A stretch of 64,000 bases of DNA, taken from the NCBI GenBank assembly GCA_016180425.1, contig JACPBF010000005.1:25034-89033 (forward strand), in the 5' to 3' direction. Source of the DNA: Elusimicrobiota bacterium. GTDB taxonomy: Bacteria; Elusimicrobiota; Elusimicrobia; 2-02-FULL-39-32. Of this stretch, positions 53,101 through 62,965 are shown piece after piece. Each line of letters opens with the position of its first letter. Position 1 is the first letter of the stretch. The translations under genes and the position numbers were made by a program. The notes beneath the pieces were generated by a model that was given only the letters and a program-made list of their open reading frames with translations, was not told where the DNA came from and did no database searches.

Positions 53101-54448
53101 TGATGGTATCTTTAAGCTGAAGTATCTCACCTTTCACATCCACAGTGATCTTCTGACCAAGGTCCCCATTCGCCACTGCTGTAGAGACTTGAGCAATGTT
53201 ACGGACTTGATTCGTAAGGTTTTCCGCCATAGCATTTACGTTGTCGGTGAGCTCCTTCCAAGTCCCCGTAACACCAGGCACAGCCGCTTGGCCTCCGAGT
53301 TTACCTTCAGTTCCTACTTCCTTAGCAACGCGTGTCACCTCCGTTGAGAATGACCGGAGGTTGTCCACCATTCGGTTGATGGTGTTCTTAAGCTCCAAAA
53401 CTTCTCCTCTAACTTCTACGGTAATCTTCTGCGCCAAGTCTCCATTCGCCACCGCGGTGGTTACTTGAGCAATGTTTCGCACTTGACTCGTAAGATTTTC
53501 CGCCATAGCATTCACACGGTTCGTGAGCTCTTTCCAAGTGCCCGCTACTCCAGGCACATCCGCCTGACCTCCCAGTTTCCCTTCTGTGCCCACTTCCCTC
53601 GCCACACGGGTAACCTCAGAAGCAAAAATATTCAGGTTATCTACCATTTTATTGATGGTGTTCTTAAGTTCCAACACCTCACCCTTCACGTCCACAGTAA
53701 TTTTCTGAGCTAGATCTCCATTAGCGACTGATGTGGTTACTTGGGCGATGTTTCGCACTTGATTCGTTAGATTTTCCGCCATAGCATTCACACTATCAGT
53801 GAGCGCCTTCCATGTCCCGCCCACACCAGGCACAGCCGCTTGGCCACCCAGTTTTCCTTCGGTTCCTACTTCTTTTGCAACGCGCGTCACCTCCAATGAA
53901 AAAAGATTAAGGCTGTCCACCATTTTGTTGATGGTATTCTTCAGTTCCAAGACTTCTCCTTTTACATCCACTGTAATCTTTTGTGTGAGGTCTCCATTGG
54001 CAACCGCTGTGCTTACTTGCGAAATATTGCGCACTTGGCTTGTAAGATTGGCAGCCATGGCGTTTACATTATCTGTCAGCTCCTTCCACGTGCCTGTGAC
54101 GCCGGGCACCGCTGCCTGGCCGCCAAGTTTCCCCTCCGTTCCCACTTCTTTGGAAACACGGGTTACTTCGGATGTAAAAATAGAAAGATTCTCCATCATG
54201 CCGTTATAAGAATCCGCAATCTCCCCAAATATGTCGTAACCTTGTCTTCTCAGACGTTTGGTGAGATCCCCTCTGCGAACTGCCTCTATCGCTTCCAACA
54301 ATTCTCTTAACTGTTGCTCCATTCTATGATTCCCTGGTCCCTCTAAAGTAGCTGGCTCGGGTTCAAAAGTGCCGGCGCTGGTTCCAACCCCTTCTTCCCT
54401 ATTTGGAAAAAATGGTCTGCTTACGCGATTTCTTTCAGGTATGGACAT
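50180..54448 (-). CDS. soluble poly-HAMP methyl-accepting chemotaxis protein (1422 aa)
   Basis: No hydrophobic segment. Ten near-identical 92-aa HAMP-pair units plus one degenerate unit, then the MCP signalling domain ([36 protein letters not shown]). AAGGAGG SD upstream. Confidence 0.9.
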   Translation of the reverse strand: MSIPERNRVSRPFFPNREEGVGTSAGTFEPEPATLEGPGNHRMEQQLRELLEAIEAVRRGDLTKRLRRQGYDIFGEIADSYNGMMENLSIFTSEVTRVSKEVGTEGKLGGQAAVPGVTGTWKELTDNVNAMAANLTSQVRNISQVSTAVANGDLTQKITVDVKGEVLELKNTINKMVDSLNLFSLEVTRVAKEVGTEGKLGGQAAVPGVGGTWKALTDSVNAMAENLTNQVRNIAQVTTSVANGDLAQKITVDVKGEVLELKNTINKMVDNLNIFASEVTRVAREVGTEGKLGGQADVPGVAGTWKELTNRVNAMAENLTSQVRNIAQVTTAVANGDLAQKITVEVRGEVLELKNTINRMVDNLRSFSTEVTRVAKEVGTEGKLGGQAAVPGVTGTWKELTDNVNAMAENLTNQVRNIAQVSTAVANGDLGQKITVDVKGEILQLKDTINKMVDNLRAFSGEVTRVAKEVGTEGKLGGQAVVPGVTGTWKELTDNVNAMATNLTLQVRNIAQVATAVANGDLAQKITVEVRGEILQLKETLNKMVDNLNLFSAEVTRVAREVGTEGKLGGQAEVPGVAGTWKELTNRVNAMATNLTNQVRNIAQVATSVARGDLAQRITVEAQGEVLQLKETINRMVDSLNVFASEVTRVAREVGTDGKLGGQASVMGVTGTWKELTDNVNVMASNLTSQVRNIAQVTTAVANGDLGQKITVEVKGEILQLKETINKMVDGLNVFGAEVTRVAREVGTEGKLGGQAQVPGVAGTWKDLTDRVNAMATNLTNQVRNIAQVATGVAKGDLAQRITVEAQGEVLQLKETINRMVDSLNIFAAEVTRVAREVGTDGKLGGQAAVPGVTGTWKDLTDNVNAMASNLTGQVRNIAQVATAVANGDLKQKITVEVKGEILQLKETLNKMVDNLNLFSAEVTRVAREVGTDGKLGGQAAVPGVAGTWKDLTDNVNTMAANLTSQVRNIAQVSTAISAGDLTQKITVDVKGEILELKNTLNKMVDDLNRLANEVSRVAQVAGKEGKLNERAKVEGVGGSWKNIVDTLNELINSIATPVQEVIRLAVALSQGDLSQQMAIETRGDIRTLADALNKSFDDLGALIRLAIDSSVKVSSASGQLAESSQQVNTALSAAAKTTQQIAVGAKDQSKKLEGSTRVITELSKSIQQGALNARSAAEVTQEASKLAQRGSEAGKQAATRLKSIDDIVKANTGTVKDLDKRAKEIGVIVGTTKDIADQTNLLALNAAIEAARAGEAGRGFAVVADEIRKLAEGTKKAAVQIEGMVGTIVESTTDVVGGMTAGTQQVTESIEIVNQALGILDQIGVGAQEITTKAQDISKATSEQAGGAQAVAKTTEEIASTSEQAAVGAEQMSTAIQQQTTSMQQMSTSAQNVSTLAEELRTALKRFKVVEGAKNSKAERN
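51410..54169. repeat. 10 x 276-bp in-frame tandem repeat array (HAMP-pair units)
   Basis: Unit boundaries were derived from the protein (residues 94-1013, units starting EVTRVxxEVGT[ED]GKLGGQ). Exact DNA identities of 83 nt at a 552-bp offset and 67 nt at a 1104-bp offset. Confidence 0.9.
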
Positions 54449-54464
54449 CCTTATTTTCCTCCTT

Positions 54465-55364
54465 TTATGATAATGATTTTGCGATTTCGTTTTTCAATAT
54501 AGTTTCTGAATGACCCCACGTATCCCGATGACAGCTGTTCAATACTTCCTTAGCGATATTTCTATATACTTTCCCCACATTGGAATGAGGCGCCCAATGG
54601 GAAATGGGTAATCCTTTCATCTGCGCCCCGTAAATTTGTCGTGAAAATGGAATGGGGACAATGGGAACATGCGCGAGGTCATTGGATGAGAAAAAGGTTT
54701 TCACCATCTTAAAAACCTCCTGCGAGACAGACCGATCGAGAAAGTCATTGGAGAAGCCCTTCACTAATATCATAAACACATTCACCTTTACGCCTAGCGT
54801 GTTCGAAAGATTTATCACGATTGTCTTTAACGTATCGAGAGCCTCGCAAGCAAATACGCCTGAATCCATTGGGATAATCAAATCTTCAGCGGCGGCAATC
54901 CCATTCATCATAAGCATGGTAGAGCCCGGAGGAACATCAATTAAAATGTAATCATATAAAATCGCAATTTCCTTAAGACGCTCATCTAGAATGCTCACCT
55001 GATCCATCCGGCCGGCCATCTCCATATCGGCAGAAAGAAGGTCCGCAGTGGAAGGCGCTACATGCACTCCGGAAAGGGTCTCAACGATGACCTCTTTAAA
55101 AAATTTTTCACTTCGAAGCACATCATAGAGAGAACCCTCCAGTGTTGATCGATCCACGCCTAATCCCGCTGTGCTATTCCCCTGTGGATCCAGATCCACA
55201 ACCAACACTTTCTTACCCATCTTAACAAGCCATCCAGCCACATTCAGACAGGAGGTCGTCTTTCCTGTCCCTCCCTTATGATGCACAAAAGCAATAATCT
55301 TTCCCCTTTTCGAATTATTTAATGTTGTTGTGAAACTATTTCTCACTGGATTAATTCCATTCAT
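54465..55364 (-). CDS. ParA/MinD-family ATPase, first gene of the chemosensory operon (PpfA/ParC-like by context)
   Basis: Deviant Walker A in [24 protein letters not shown] and Walker B LIDVPPG. The 16-nt gap to the MCP gene contains its SD. Confidence 0.85.
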   Translation of the reverse strand: MNGINPVRNSFTTTLNNSKRGKIIAFVHHKGGTGKTTSCLNVAGWLVKMGKKVLVVDLDPQGNSTAGLGVDRSTLEGSLYDVLRSEKFFKEVIVETLSGVHVAPSTADLLSADMEMAGRMDQVSILDERLKEIAILYDYILIDVPPGSTMLMMNGIAAAEDLIIPMDSGVFACEALDTLKTIVINLSNTLGVKVNVFMILVKGFSNDFLDRSVSQEVFKMVKTFFSSNDLAHVPIVPIPFSRQIYGAQMKGLPISHWAPHSNVGKVYRNIAKEVLNSCHRDTWGHSETILKNEIAKSLS

Positions 55365-55480
55365 GGAATTTGATGAGCGAGCAAAAAAAATAGTGAAATT
55401 TTAAAATGAGGAACTAGTGTATTAAGGAAGTAGTCATTCAAGTTCACGACAAAGCATAGAACACTATGCGTTACAATAAA

Positions 55481-55510
55481 AAACCCTTGACAATTCTGTG
55501 TCAAGGGTTT
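55481..55510 (-). terminator. terminator-like hairpin (minus-strand orientation) upstream of the che operon
   Basis: AAACCCTTGACA (55481-55492) pairs with TGTCAAGGGTTT (55499-55510). On the minus strand it is followed by TTTTTATTG. Confidence 0.5.
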
Positions 55511-55540
55511 ATGCTCCAGAAAAAAACTTATCTCTAAGGT

Positions 55541-55597
<57 letters not shown>

Positions 55598-56245
55598 GCA
55601 AACATGCGATTGGGACTGCTTTTATACACTCTCATCCCGCTCTACTATCTTCCCTGTCCCCACAGATATATTCTCGTTTCATAACTACAGTAGTATACAA
55701 AATAATTTTGGAAAATAATTCAAATTTATTTTTCTAAAAAATCCAGCAATTCCGCAAAATTCCATGAGTGCTTAGAATTTTTTGTTACAGATATTTTTTG
55801 AGCAGGAATGGGGCATCGAGATGCGAAAGCGATGAGAGGAAAATTTGTTGAGGATTTCCCTAATCCTTTTTAACTTTTTCAAATAAACCTTTACCTCTAA
55901 TCAGATTTGACCCGACATTGCTAATTTGAATTGACCCGTCTGAGATAGGGGACAATCCAGCGAGGGGAAGTACGATTTAGAAAAGAGAGGGGAAAGCCGC
56001 CGCCGAAGTTTTCTCTTTTTGGGCACTTTTTCTCTTTGTGGATACGGTGGATAGCGGGGATTCTACAAGGAGGTGATCTACGTCAAAAATAATACCTAAA
56101 ACTAAAGATCTTAGACCCATCTATAAAAATTGAGGTCGCAAATTAAATAAACGCGATCTCTTTCGATTCTCCTTTTATCTTTCCTTACTCATCTTACTGT
56201 CATAACTACTTTTAAGTGCAGGAACTAATCATAATTTTCACCTAA

Positions 56246-56326
56246 CAGGCTACTAAAAAACCATGAATTTTTAAAAATCAATGGTTTTTCAACAGCCTGC
56301 TAATACATTTATAGCAATACAGCAGG
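56246..56326. other. nested and mutually exclusive hairpins in the ORF-free region
   Basis: CAGGCT (56246-51) pairs with AGCCTG (56294-99), enclosing AAAAAACCAT (56255-64) / ATGGTTTTT (56281-89). The alternative pairing is CCTGCT (56296-301) with AGCAGG (56321-26), followed by TTTTTA. Confidence 0.4.
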
Positions 56327-56732
56327 TTTTTATCAACGATAAAATTTGCATATTATCGCTTTGATAATTCGGCTTCCACAACAATAAATAGTTTTCGGGA
56401 CTGTCCCCTAACGGCCTGAACTCTCGCTGTCTACTCCTCAATCTGCAGGTTACCCTGCCGACTGCAAGACTCGCTACTAGACTGCTTTACTATTCACTTT
56501 ATCTAGGTGGGATTTGCACCCACTAGAATCGTTTGTAGGTTTCTAGCTCTTTTGCCTTCCCCCTACCTAGGCTTCTTAGAACGCGTATTACCTACGTTCA
56601 TTGACACGGCAAAAAGTTACAAAAACTTTACATTTTGTTGAAGAAAAGTTTCGGCATCTTGAACTATCTTTAACATTAGGAGAAGAGCTATGACTCTTGT
56701 TGGGGAGTATCTTTTCTTAAGCGAGGTTTGGT

Positions 56733-57191
56733 ATGAAGAATACCAAGAAAAAGCGCTGCGAATTCTGCCATCGCTGGTTCCTGCCGGATTACCGCGCCGC
56801 CACACACCAATACTGCTGTTCGAATGAGAACTGCCGCAGACAGCGCAAATTAAATACACATAGGGAATGGATATTTCGTCATCCAAATTATGACGAGAGC
56901 AGGCGCCCTAAAATTAAGCTATGGGCTAAAAACTCATTCTATTGGATTAAATGGCGCGCGGCTCACCCAGGCTATAGACGAAGAGAGAAATATCGAATTC
57001 AATGTAAACCTAATGGATCAAAAAATGGCGCAAAACAAGACTCGATCGGTCAATTTACCGACGGGAACATCCATAATACTCTGCAAAATCTAACGAAAAT
57101 CGTCGCAAAACAAGACCTGATCCTCCGTCGAACAAATTCCTTATTTCAGTCATTTATTGGAAATTTTTCCTCGCAAAACAAAACAATATAG
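56733..57191 (+). CDS. small basic protein with N-terminal Cys-rich (zinc-ribbon-like) motif
   Basis: KKKRCEFCHRWF...THQYCCSNENCRRQRK; 152 aa with GAGG upstream. No family recognised. Preferred over the overlapping antisense ORF 56617-56886. Confidence 0.5.
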   Translation: MKNTKKKRCEFCHRWFLPDYRAATHQYCCSNENCRRQRKLNTHREWIFRHPNYDESRRPKIKLWAKNSFYWIKWRAAHPGYRRREKYRIQCKPNGSKNGAKQDSIGQFTDGNIHNTLQNLTKIVAKQDLILRRTNSLFQSFIGNFSSQNKTI

Positions 57192-57225
57192 ACTAACGAA
57201 TTGCCGCTAAGCCATAATACCAGCT

Positions 57226-60200
57226 ATGTATTCCGAAGCATGGCTTTTCTTTAGAAATGGCGCGCAGATAAAGAGAATTAGGTTCTCTATTCTCTTTTTT
57301 CTTCTATTTTCTAACCTCTCACCTTTAAAATCAGAAAATTTGATTCATACATCCGCTTCAGACTTTAATTCAGGCACTTTCTCAAACAACGACATAACTG
57401 TTACGGAAGACGGGACTTTAAAACTAGGGTTTTCCGCTTCAGACACTCTTCCAGAATATCACACTGGCCCGGGACTGTCTCTAAAAAACTTTGGGATGGC
57501 AATATTTAATCGAAGGATTTATGTTTCCGGCGGCATTGATGAAAGTGGAACCGTTCAATCTTCTATTTTTAGCACCCCCATTAACTCTGACGGGTCCATT
57601 GGTTCATGGAAAACTGAAAATTCTTTGCCAGTTCCACGAGCCCATCACACTATGTCTATGCTCAACGGCTGCTTATACGTCACAGGCGGGGCAGATGCTA
57701 CAAATAAAGCTCAAAACTCTGTTTACAGAGCCTCAATTAGTTCTAATAGCGGCGTAGGACTGTGGAATAACGAACCTTCTTTGCCCGACGCAAGATGGCG
57801 TCATGCAGCCGCAGTGACAGGTGATAAAATCTTCGTCTCTGGCGGCCATGATTCCTCTACTATCCCGCAGAACACAGTTTATTCTGCTCAAGCTAATTCT
57901 GATGGTTCTCTTAATCCTTGGAAAGTAGAAGAAAAGAGTCTTCCCAATCGATTGTTCTACCATTCAATGGTTGAATCTAAAAACCATTTATTTGTAATTG
58001 GCGGTAAAGACGGAAATTCTGCTCAGAACGCAGTCTACAGTATCCCTCTCGATACAAATGTATTAAGCGGCGCATGGAAAATAGAAAAATCCCTTCCTAT
58101 TTCCCTATATGCTCAGGATGCGATAGTTTTTGAAGGGAATATTTATCTTACAGGCGGCCGTAATTCAAATAATGAAACTCTTTCTGAAATTTTTCATGCC
58201 AATATTTCTCTAGATGGCACTTTAGAAAGATGGAATAGTTCCGCCTACAATCTACAATCTCCTAAAGTTTTTCATAGATCAGCAGTCATGGATGGCCAAA
58301 TATATACCTTGGGAGGAATAGACGATGTTGGAAACATAAATAGCAGCATTATTTCTATTGGAATCAGCCACGATTTCAATTATGGCGCATGGCAGCGAAG
58401 TATTAATAATTTACCCATTGGAAACAGCGGCTCAGCTTCTGTGATATGGAATGGAACAATTTATTTGATGGGCGGAACTAGCGAATCTAACGGTATTAGT
58501 AAAAACGTATATAGGGCAAAAATTAATTCTGATGGATCCGTTGGCGTTCTTGAACAGGAACAGAACTCATTGCCAGAAGCAAGAAGAGACGCAAAAGCAG
58601 CGGCATGGAGAAACAAAATCTATCTCGTTGGAGGAGACAACGGGAATACCAAACCAAGCTCTGTTTATAGCGCCCCCATTAATTCCGATAGCGCTCTAGG
58701 ATCATGGAAAAAGGAAAATGATTTACCTACCCGCACATACTCAAGAGCAGCTGGGTTGGCCGCTCCGCAGCCGGTTGCGCCTCCACCTTGTTGTCAGTCA
58801 TTTTCTGGAACCGGACGAACAGAGTTTGGCATCTCAATCTGGAATAGCCGAATCTACATTTCCGGAGGTTCCGATAGCGCAAGCGGAGGAGGTAAAGAAG
58901 TTTTGTCCGCACAAATTGGTTCGGACGGAGCATTAGGCAATTGGAGATACGAAACAGCATTGCCGGAAAGTGTGAGAATCCATGGAATGACGGCTGTAAA
59001 TGGAAGATTATATGTGGTTCAAGGATATTCTGGAAAAATGGTTTACAGCGCTTCTATAAACTCAGACGGCACATTAAGCGGATGGTCATCTGTTAATGCT
59101 GGCTTGCCCGGAGATACTTTTCCAGCATCCCTCTTAAGCGTCAATGGCAAACTTTATTCTTTTGCGGGATATCCATCCGGTACAACAAATTTTAGCAATC
59201 CCGGAATTGCCAGAGTCAATTTTACCGCGCCCATCAATGACAACGGTTCTGTTGGCTCATGGGTAGAAGAATCCAACTTATTGCCTAGCATGGCTCCCAA
59301 TCCTAACGTTTTCGAATGGAAAGGAAGATTCTACATCGTGGGAGGCGGCGGCTACTCTAACCCATTTTATATTTATTCCTCTGGAACACCTCTTTATTCC
59401 CCTAAAGGAGTTTATGTATCTCCAATAATTGATCTTGGCTCAATAAGAAGGCTGGATAAATTTTCTTGGACACAAAGTTCAATCCCTAGCGGCGGCAGCA
59501 TATCAGTATCATTAAGAACAGCCGAGGAGCCATCTCTGCCATTAGGTGATTTCAAATCTGTTTCAAACGGAGAAACTCTAAAAAATTCTTATGCGAGATT
59601 CATTCAATACAAAGTTGAGATGTCTGCGGGCGGCTCTATTGGCACACCAGCACGGGATCAGACCCCCGCACTAAATGACATAACAATTACTCATGTCGAA
59701 GACCCTTTACCGCCGGCACTGCAAAGTTATTCTCTCAACTCAAATTCGATTGCTCTTCAAATAGATAATTCTTCTTCGGATATCGTCGAAGTTTCAACAG
59801 ACAATTTTTCTTCATTTAATATTCAATCCGGCACGAAATCTAGGTTTAAGATTTCAGGTTTAGTTCCAAACACAGGCTACAGTATCGCTGGCCGCAAAAT
59901 GAATCGTGATGGAAGGGTAAGCAGAGAAGTAGTATTGATCTCAACATTTACCAAAAGCGCCACTCCAACGGATATCACAAATCAAGAAATTAAATTAAAC
60001 TCCCTCAAATATTCTTGGAATTCAAATGGAAATCCTTCTGGAACAACGTACCTAGCAAAACTCTATCTGGGAACAAAAGCGGAACTGATAGAACAAAAAA
60101 CGACAATATCCACGGAACTTTTATTTGAGAAACTTTCTCTGGGAACGAAATACACATTATATTTATACGCATTAAATGCAGACAATTCTTTGGGAACAGA

Positions 60201-61116
60201 ATCAACTTTATCGGCAAAAACAAAAGACCTTAACCCAGCAAACCCTGTTGTAACAGTTACTACAGGATCATATACCCTAGAATGGTCGTCTCAACCAGAA
60301 GGTTTGGGATATAAAATATTTGACGGATCAGGAAAACTTCTAATAGATTTATCTCCCGACGCTACCTATTATTTTGAATCTGGATTTAGAGAAAATGAGC
60401 AAATTGTAAGAAGAGTAGAATTCTACGCTCAATCCATATCCAGCACGATTGCCAATGCAAGTTTCTTTACAGCGGTGGCATCGCCTAACCGAGTTGAAGA
60501 AGCCATATCAATTCTAGAAAAAGGCCCAACTTACATTCGATTGCGCGTATTTCCCCCGCCTAATCCTGTGGGTCGTGCCGGGGTTAGGGTAAGAATCATC
60601 CCCTCAACCAATAATTCTGCACCCCAAATTAGAAACTCATCGATTGGAAATAGATTAGCCACAGATATTTACGGAGCCAAAATAATAGATTTTACAGCCG
60701 GCCAGTGGGAACAAACAGTGAATGGCCTTACCCCGGGAATTCAATATTCAATTCTTACGAGTTACATCAACTCGGATGGAATTGAATCCTCACCTACCTC
60801 AACTACCATGAGCCTTGCTCTCGGCTTCTCGCCATTGGAAGAAGATATAAAACCCGAGACGGATAGATTTTTTGTAAATGAAGGGGTCAACTTCAAAATA
60901 TCTTCCAATCAATCTGGGAACGGAACAATAAAAGTATATGACGTAGATCAAAACCAAATTAGGTTAATTCCATTCAGCTATGGTTCAGGAAATACAACGG
61001 TGAAGTGGGACGGGAAAGACGATCTGGGTCAGTCTATTTTTAGCGGAATTTACTGGATCGTTATAGAGAGCGCTCAATTCGGGAGGAAAACAATAAATGT
61101 CGGCGCAGTTCGGTAA
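57226..61116 (+). CDS. secreted 1296-aa Kelch-repeat protein with Fn3-like modules and a C-terminal FlgD-Ig/T9SS-CTD-like domain
   Basis: Signal-like N-terminus. More than 10 repeats of the type (I/V)Y(V/I)xGG...(V/I)YSAxINSDGSLGxWxxxxxLP. C-terminus TIKVYDVDQNQIRLI...VKWDGKDDLGQSIFSGIYWIVIE. Confidence 0.85.
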   Translation: MYSEAWLFFRNGAQIKRIRFSILFFLLFSNLSPLKSENLIHTSASDFNSGTFSNNDITVTEDGTLKLGFSASDTLPEYHTGPGLSLKNFGMAIFNRRIYVSGGIDESGTVQSSIFSTPINSDGSIGSWKTENSLPVPRAHHTMSMLNGCLYVTGGADATNKAQNSVYRASISSNSGVGLWNNEPSLPDARWRHAAAVTGDKIFVSGGHDSSTIPQNTVYSAQANSDGSLNPWKVEEKSLPNRLFYHSMVESKNHLFVIGGKDGNSAQNAVYSIPLDTNVLSGAWKIEKSLPISLYAQDAIVFEGNIYLTGGRNSNNETLSEIFHANISLDGTLERWNSSAYNLQSPKVFHRSAVMDGQIYTLGGIDDVGNINSSIISIGISHDFNYGAWQRSINNLPIGNSGSASVIWNGTIYLMGGTSESNGISKNVYRAKINSDGSVGVLEQEQNSLPEARRDAKAAAWRNKIYLVGGDNGNTKPSSVYSAPINSDSALGSWKKENDLPTRTYSRAAGLAAPQPVAPPPCCQSFSGTGRTEFGISIWNSRIYISGGSDSASGGGKEVLSAQIGSDGALGNWRYETALPESVRIHGMTAVNGRLYVVQGYSGKMVYSASINSDGTLSGWSSVNAGLPGDTFPASLLSVNGKLYSFAGYPSGTTNFSNPGIARVNFTAPINDNGSVGSWVEESNLLPSMAPNPNVFEWKGRFYIVGGGGYSNPFYIYSSGTPLYSPKGVYVSPIIDLGSIRRLDKFSWTQSSIPSGGSISVSLRTAEEPSLPLGDFKSVSNGETLKNSYARFIQYKVEMSAGGSIGTPARDQTPALNDITITHVEDPLPPALQSYSLNSNSIALQIDNSSSDIVEVSTDNFSSFNIQSGTKSRFKISGLVPNTGYSIAGRKMNRDGRVSREVVLISTFTKSATPTDITNQEIKLNSLKYSWNSNGNPSGTTYLAKLYLGTKAELIEQKTTISTELLFEKLSLGTKYTLYLYALNADNSLGTESTLSAKTKDLNPANPVVTVTTGSYTLEWSSQPEGLGYKIFDGSGKLLIDLSPDATYYFESGFRENEQIVRRVEFYAQSISSTIANASFFTAVASPNRVEEAISILEKGPTYIRLRVFPPPNPVGRAGVRVRIIPSTNNSAPQIRNSSIGNRLATDIYGAKIIDFTAGQWEQTVNGLTPGIQYSILTSYINSDGIESSPTSTTMSLALGFSPLEEDIKPETDRFFVNEGVNFKISSNQSGNGTIKVYDVDQNQIRLIPFSYGSGNTTVKWDGKDDLGQSIFSGIYWIVIESAQFGRKTINVGAVR

Positions 61117-62347
61117 GATTCTAATTTTAATCGGTGTTTTATTATCTTTCTCGCAGTCTGTATTTGCCATACAGGGAAAAAGAACCAATTTTCTTGATTC
61201 CGGACCCGGTGCCGCAGGAATGTCCTTTGGAGGAGCATTAGTTGCAAAGGGATTGGACGTTTCTGCGGCCTACTATAACCCTGCAACGCTTGTCATGCAA
61301 AATTCAGGCGCGTTTTTAGAGTATTCCCAACCTAATGTTAACGCTTCTCGTTCGTGGCTTGGACTCTCTGCAGGAGGTTCCAGATATTCCCTAGGTTTCC
61401 TTTGGAAAAACGAAACTTTGCCTCTATCCTCCAATAAAAATGCATTTCTAATGTCGAGCTCTGTTTCTGATAGATCAATCCCATTTCTGCCTAAAGGCTC
61501 TTCAATAGGTTTATCTTTAGGATACATTCAAGAAAATATTGTGGGATATTCTGCATCGTCGTTTTTAGTGTCAGCGGGAGCGGCTTATACAAAAACCGTT
61601 AGATCATGGGATTTTGGAGTTGGAACTATAATAAGAAATCTTTATTTTTCTGGGTTACAGTTTATATCTGCAGGAGACAAAGAGGTTTGGCCTATAGAAC
61701 CAGAGTTCGGAGGATATATCAGCAAATGGGGAGTAAAGGTGCTTATGTCCGCCAAAGGACAAAATCAAAACGATCTTCAATATGGATTTGGGCTCGGATA
61801 TCAGCCGGTTTCTTTCGTTGAATTCCGTGCAGGAATGAACGGCCATCCAAGATTTGGCGTTGGATTGGAAATAAAGAAAATCCGGTTAGATTATGCGATG
61901 AGCCTGGGAGAAATAAAAAACGCGAACTCTATGACCCTATCATACCTTTGGGGTAAACCAGAGAAAATAAAAGATTACACAAACCCAATCACAGAATTAT
62001 CGGCGCGTTATGAATCATTACCGGAATATATTTTAGCTGAACTTAAGAATACAGCTCAAAGCGGCGATATCCCTGAACTGCACGATGTTTTTAGACTTTT
62101 AGTTGTAGATCCAAAAAGCGAAGACGGATGGAGTTTCTACACTGCTCTTACTGGAAAAAAAAGGTTTAAGGTTAGACTTCCTTTCTTTAATAAATCTAAA
62201 CGACAATATCTAGATTTTGCGGTTTCGTTTGCAAATGACGCGGCAAACTCAAAGGAACTTGGCCAGCAGTTCATATATAAATATCCCCGCTCAAGCGTAT
62301 CTAAATTGATTAAAGAAATTTTAGTTAGTGACGAGGCAGTTCAATAA
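61097..62347 (+). CDS. PorV / TraF_2-like outer-membrane beta-barrel with C-terminal helical domain
   Basis: Signal peptide (LLSFSQSVFAIQG). GPGAAGMSFGGALVAKGLDVSAAYYNPATL resembles the G-x-G-A-x-A...D-x-S-A-x-Y-x-N-P-A motif of the PorV/TraF_2/UPF0164 families. Alternating beta-strand-like pattern. Confidence 0.45.
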   Translation: MSAQFGKILILIGVLLSFSQSVFAIQGKRTNFLDSGPGAAGMSFGGALVAKGLDVSAAYYNPATLVMQNSGAFLEYSQPNVNASRSWLGLSAGGSRYSLGFLWKNETLPLSSNKNAFLMSSSVSDRSIPFLPKGSSIGLSLGYIQENIVGYSASSFLVSAGAAYTKTVRSWDFGVGTIIRNLYFSGLQFISAGDKEVWPIEPEFGGYISKWGVKVLMSAKGQNQNDLQYGFGLGYQPVSFVEFRAGMNGHPRFGVGLEIKKIRLDYAMSLGEIKNANSMTLSYLWGKPEKIKDYTNPITELSARYESLPEYILAELKNTAQSGDIPELHDVFRLLVVDPKSEDGWSFYTALTGKKRFKVRLPFFNKSKRQYLDFAVSFANDAANSKELGQQFIYKYPRSSVSKLIKEILVSDEAVQ

Positions 62348-62373
62348 CGTAAAAAAATGGAGGCATCTAAAAA

Positions 62374-62691
62374 ATGAAACTTAAGAAGTCATTTGAAAGC
62401 TTAAAATTGTTTGCGTCTGTAGTTTCGCTGTTCGTTTTAAATGCAGCGAACCTCTGGGCAGACTTAGGGAATGTGAATGAAAATACACTGAAAGAGTCTA
62501 TCGGGAGAGTGATCGGTCTCATTTCTGGGATCGCAGCTCCAGTGGTATTAGCCTTAGGCCTATTGGTTGGCGGCATCAAATACCACAATGGAGACGAGGA
62601 AGCGATAAGTTATATCAAGGGCGGAATTATTGGCGCCATCCTTGCCGGAGGGGCTTGGGGAATTTCTAAGTGGCTCTTAACTGCATTCTAA
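62374..62691 (+). CDS. TrbC/VirB2-like type IV secretion pilin
   Basis: 105 aa. Long leader ending NLWA|DLG, then two hydrophobic helices (VIGLISGIAAPVVLALGLLVGGI and GGIIGAILAGGAWGI) separated by a short charged loop. Confidence 0.55.
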   Translation: MKLKKSFESLKLFASVVSLFVLNAANLWADLGNVNENTLKESIGRVIGLISGIAAPVVLALGLLVGGIKYHNGDEEAISYIKGGIIGAILAGGAWGISKWLLTAF

Positions 62692-62692
62692 A

Positions 62693-62965
62693 ATGGAATT
62701 AGCTACTTATCCAAAACTTAATTTGCCAACTAAACGATTTGGAATTGAGTCTGGGGATTGGATTTGGGTTTCCGTCTCCATGTTCCCAGGTCTTCTATTC
62801 AAATCGTTCCTCTTATTTATCGTTTGTTTCTTCTCCGCTTACTTTTACGCTTCGAAGATCAAACCCAAGAAACCAAGAGGATGGTTATCTGGCTGGATTG
62901 AGTTTCAATTAAGCCCAAAGAAATTCATAGCGCAATTAGAAGTAAATAAAAATTCCTTAAAATGA
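62693..62965 (+). CDS. TraL/VirB3-like small membrane protein
   Basis: 90 aa. PKLNLPTKRFGIESGDW, then a TM helix, then KIKPKKPRGWLSGWIEF, resembling the F-type TraL layout. ATGA overlap with the next gene. Confidence 0.4.
   Translation: MELATYPKLNLPTKRFGIESGDWIWVSVSMFPGLLFKSFLLFIVCFFSAYFYASKIKPKKPRGWLSGWIEFQLSPKKFIAQLEVNKNSLK

Noticed and set aside
51410-54169. Regular 276-bp repeats could superficially suggest a CRISPR-like or satellite array.
   Set aside because: The repeats are contiguous with no unique spacers. They are far longer than CRISPR repeats, lie in frame in a protein of known domain type, and no cas genes are present.
50273-54310. About twenty plus-strand ORFs (60-200 aa) tiled across the MCP gene, several with repetitive Ser/Thr/Pro-rich translations.
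   Set aside because: They are antisense to a 1422-aa ORF with clear HAMP/MCP homology and a strong SD. Their periodic recurrence simply mirrors the 276-bp coding repeats, and they show no independent start or RBS signals.
56067-56078. AAGGAGGTGATC, whose reverse complement GATCACCTCCTT equals the 3' end of 16S rRNA.
   Set aside because: Only 12 nt match and the flanks show no rRNA similarity. On the plus strand it looks like a strong SD but has no suitably spaced start codon or ORF. It was noted only as part of the ORF-free region.
56503-56526. Hairpin resembling a tRNA T-arm (GTGGG-TGCAAAT-CCCAC on the minus strand), raising the possibility of a tRNA or tmRNA.
   Set aside because: No acceptor stem, D arm or anticodon arm can be drawn around it. 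The loop has G where the invariant U55 would be, and the stem is 9 bp long, unlike a T arm.
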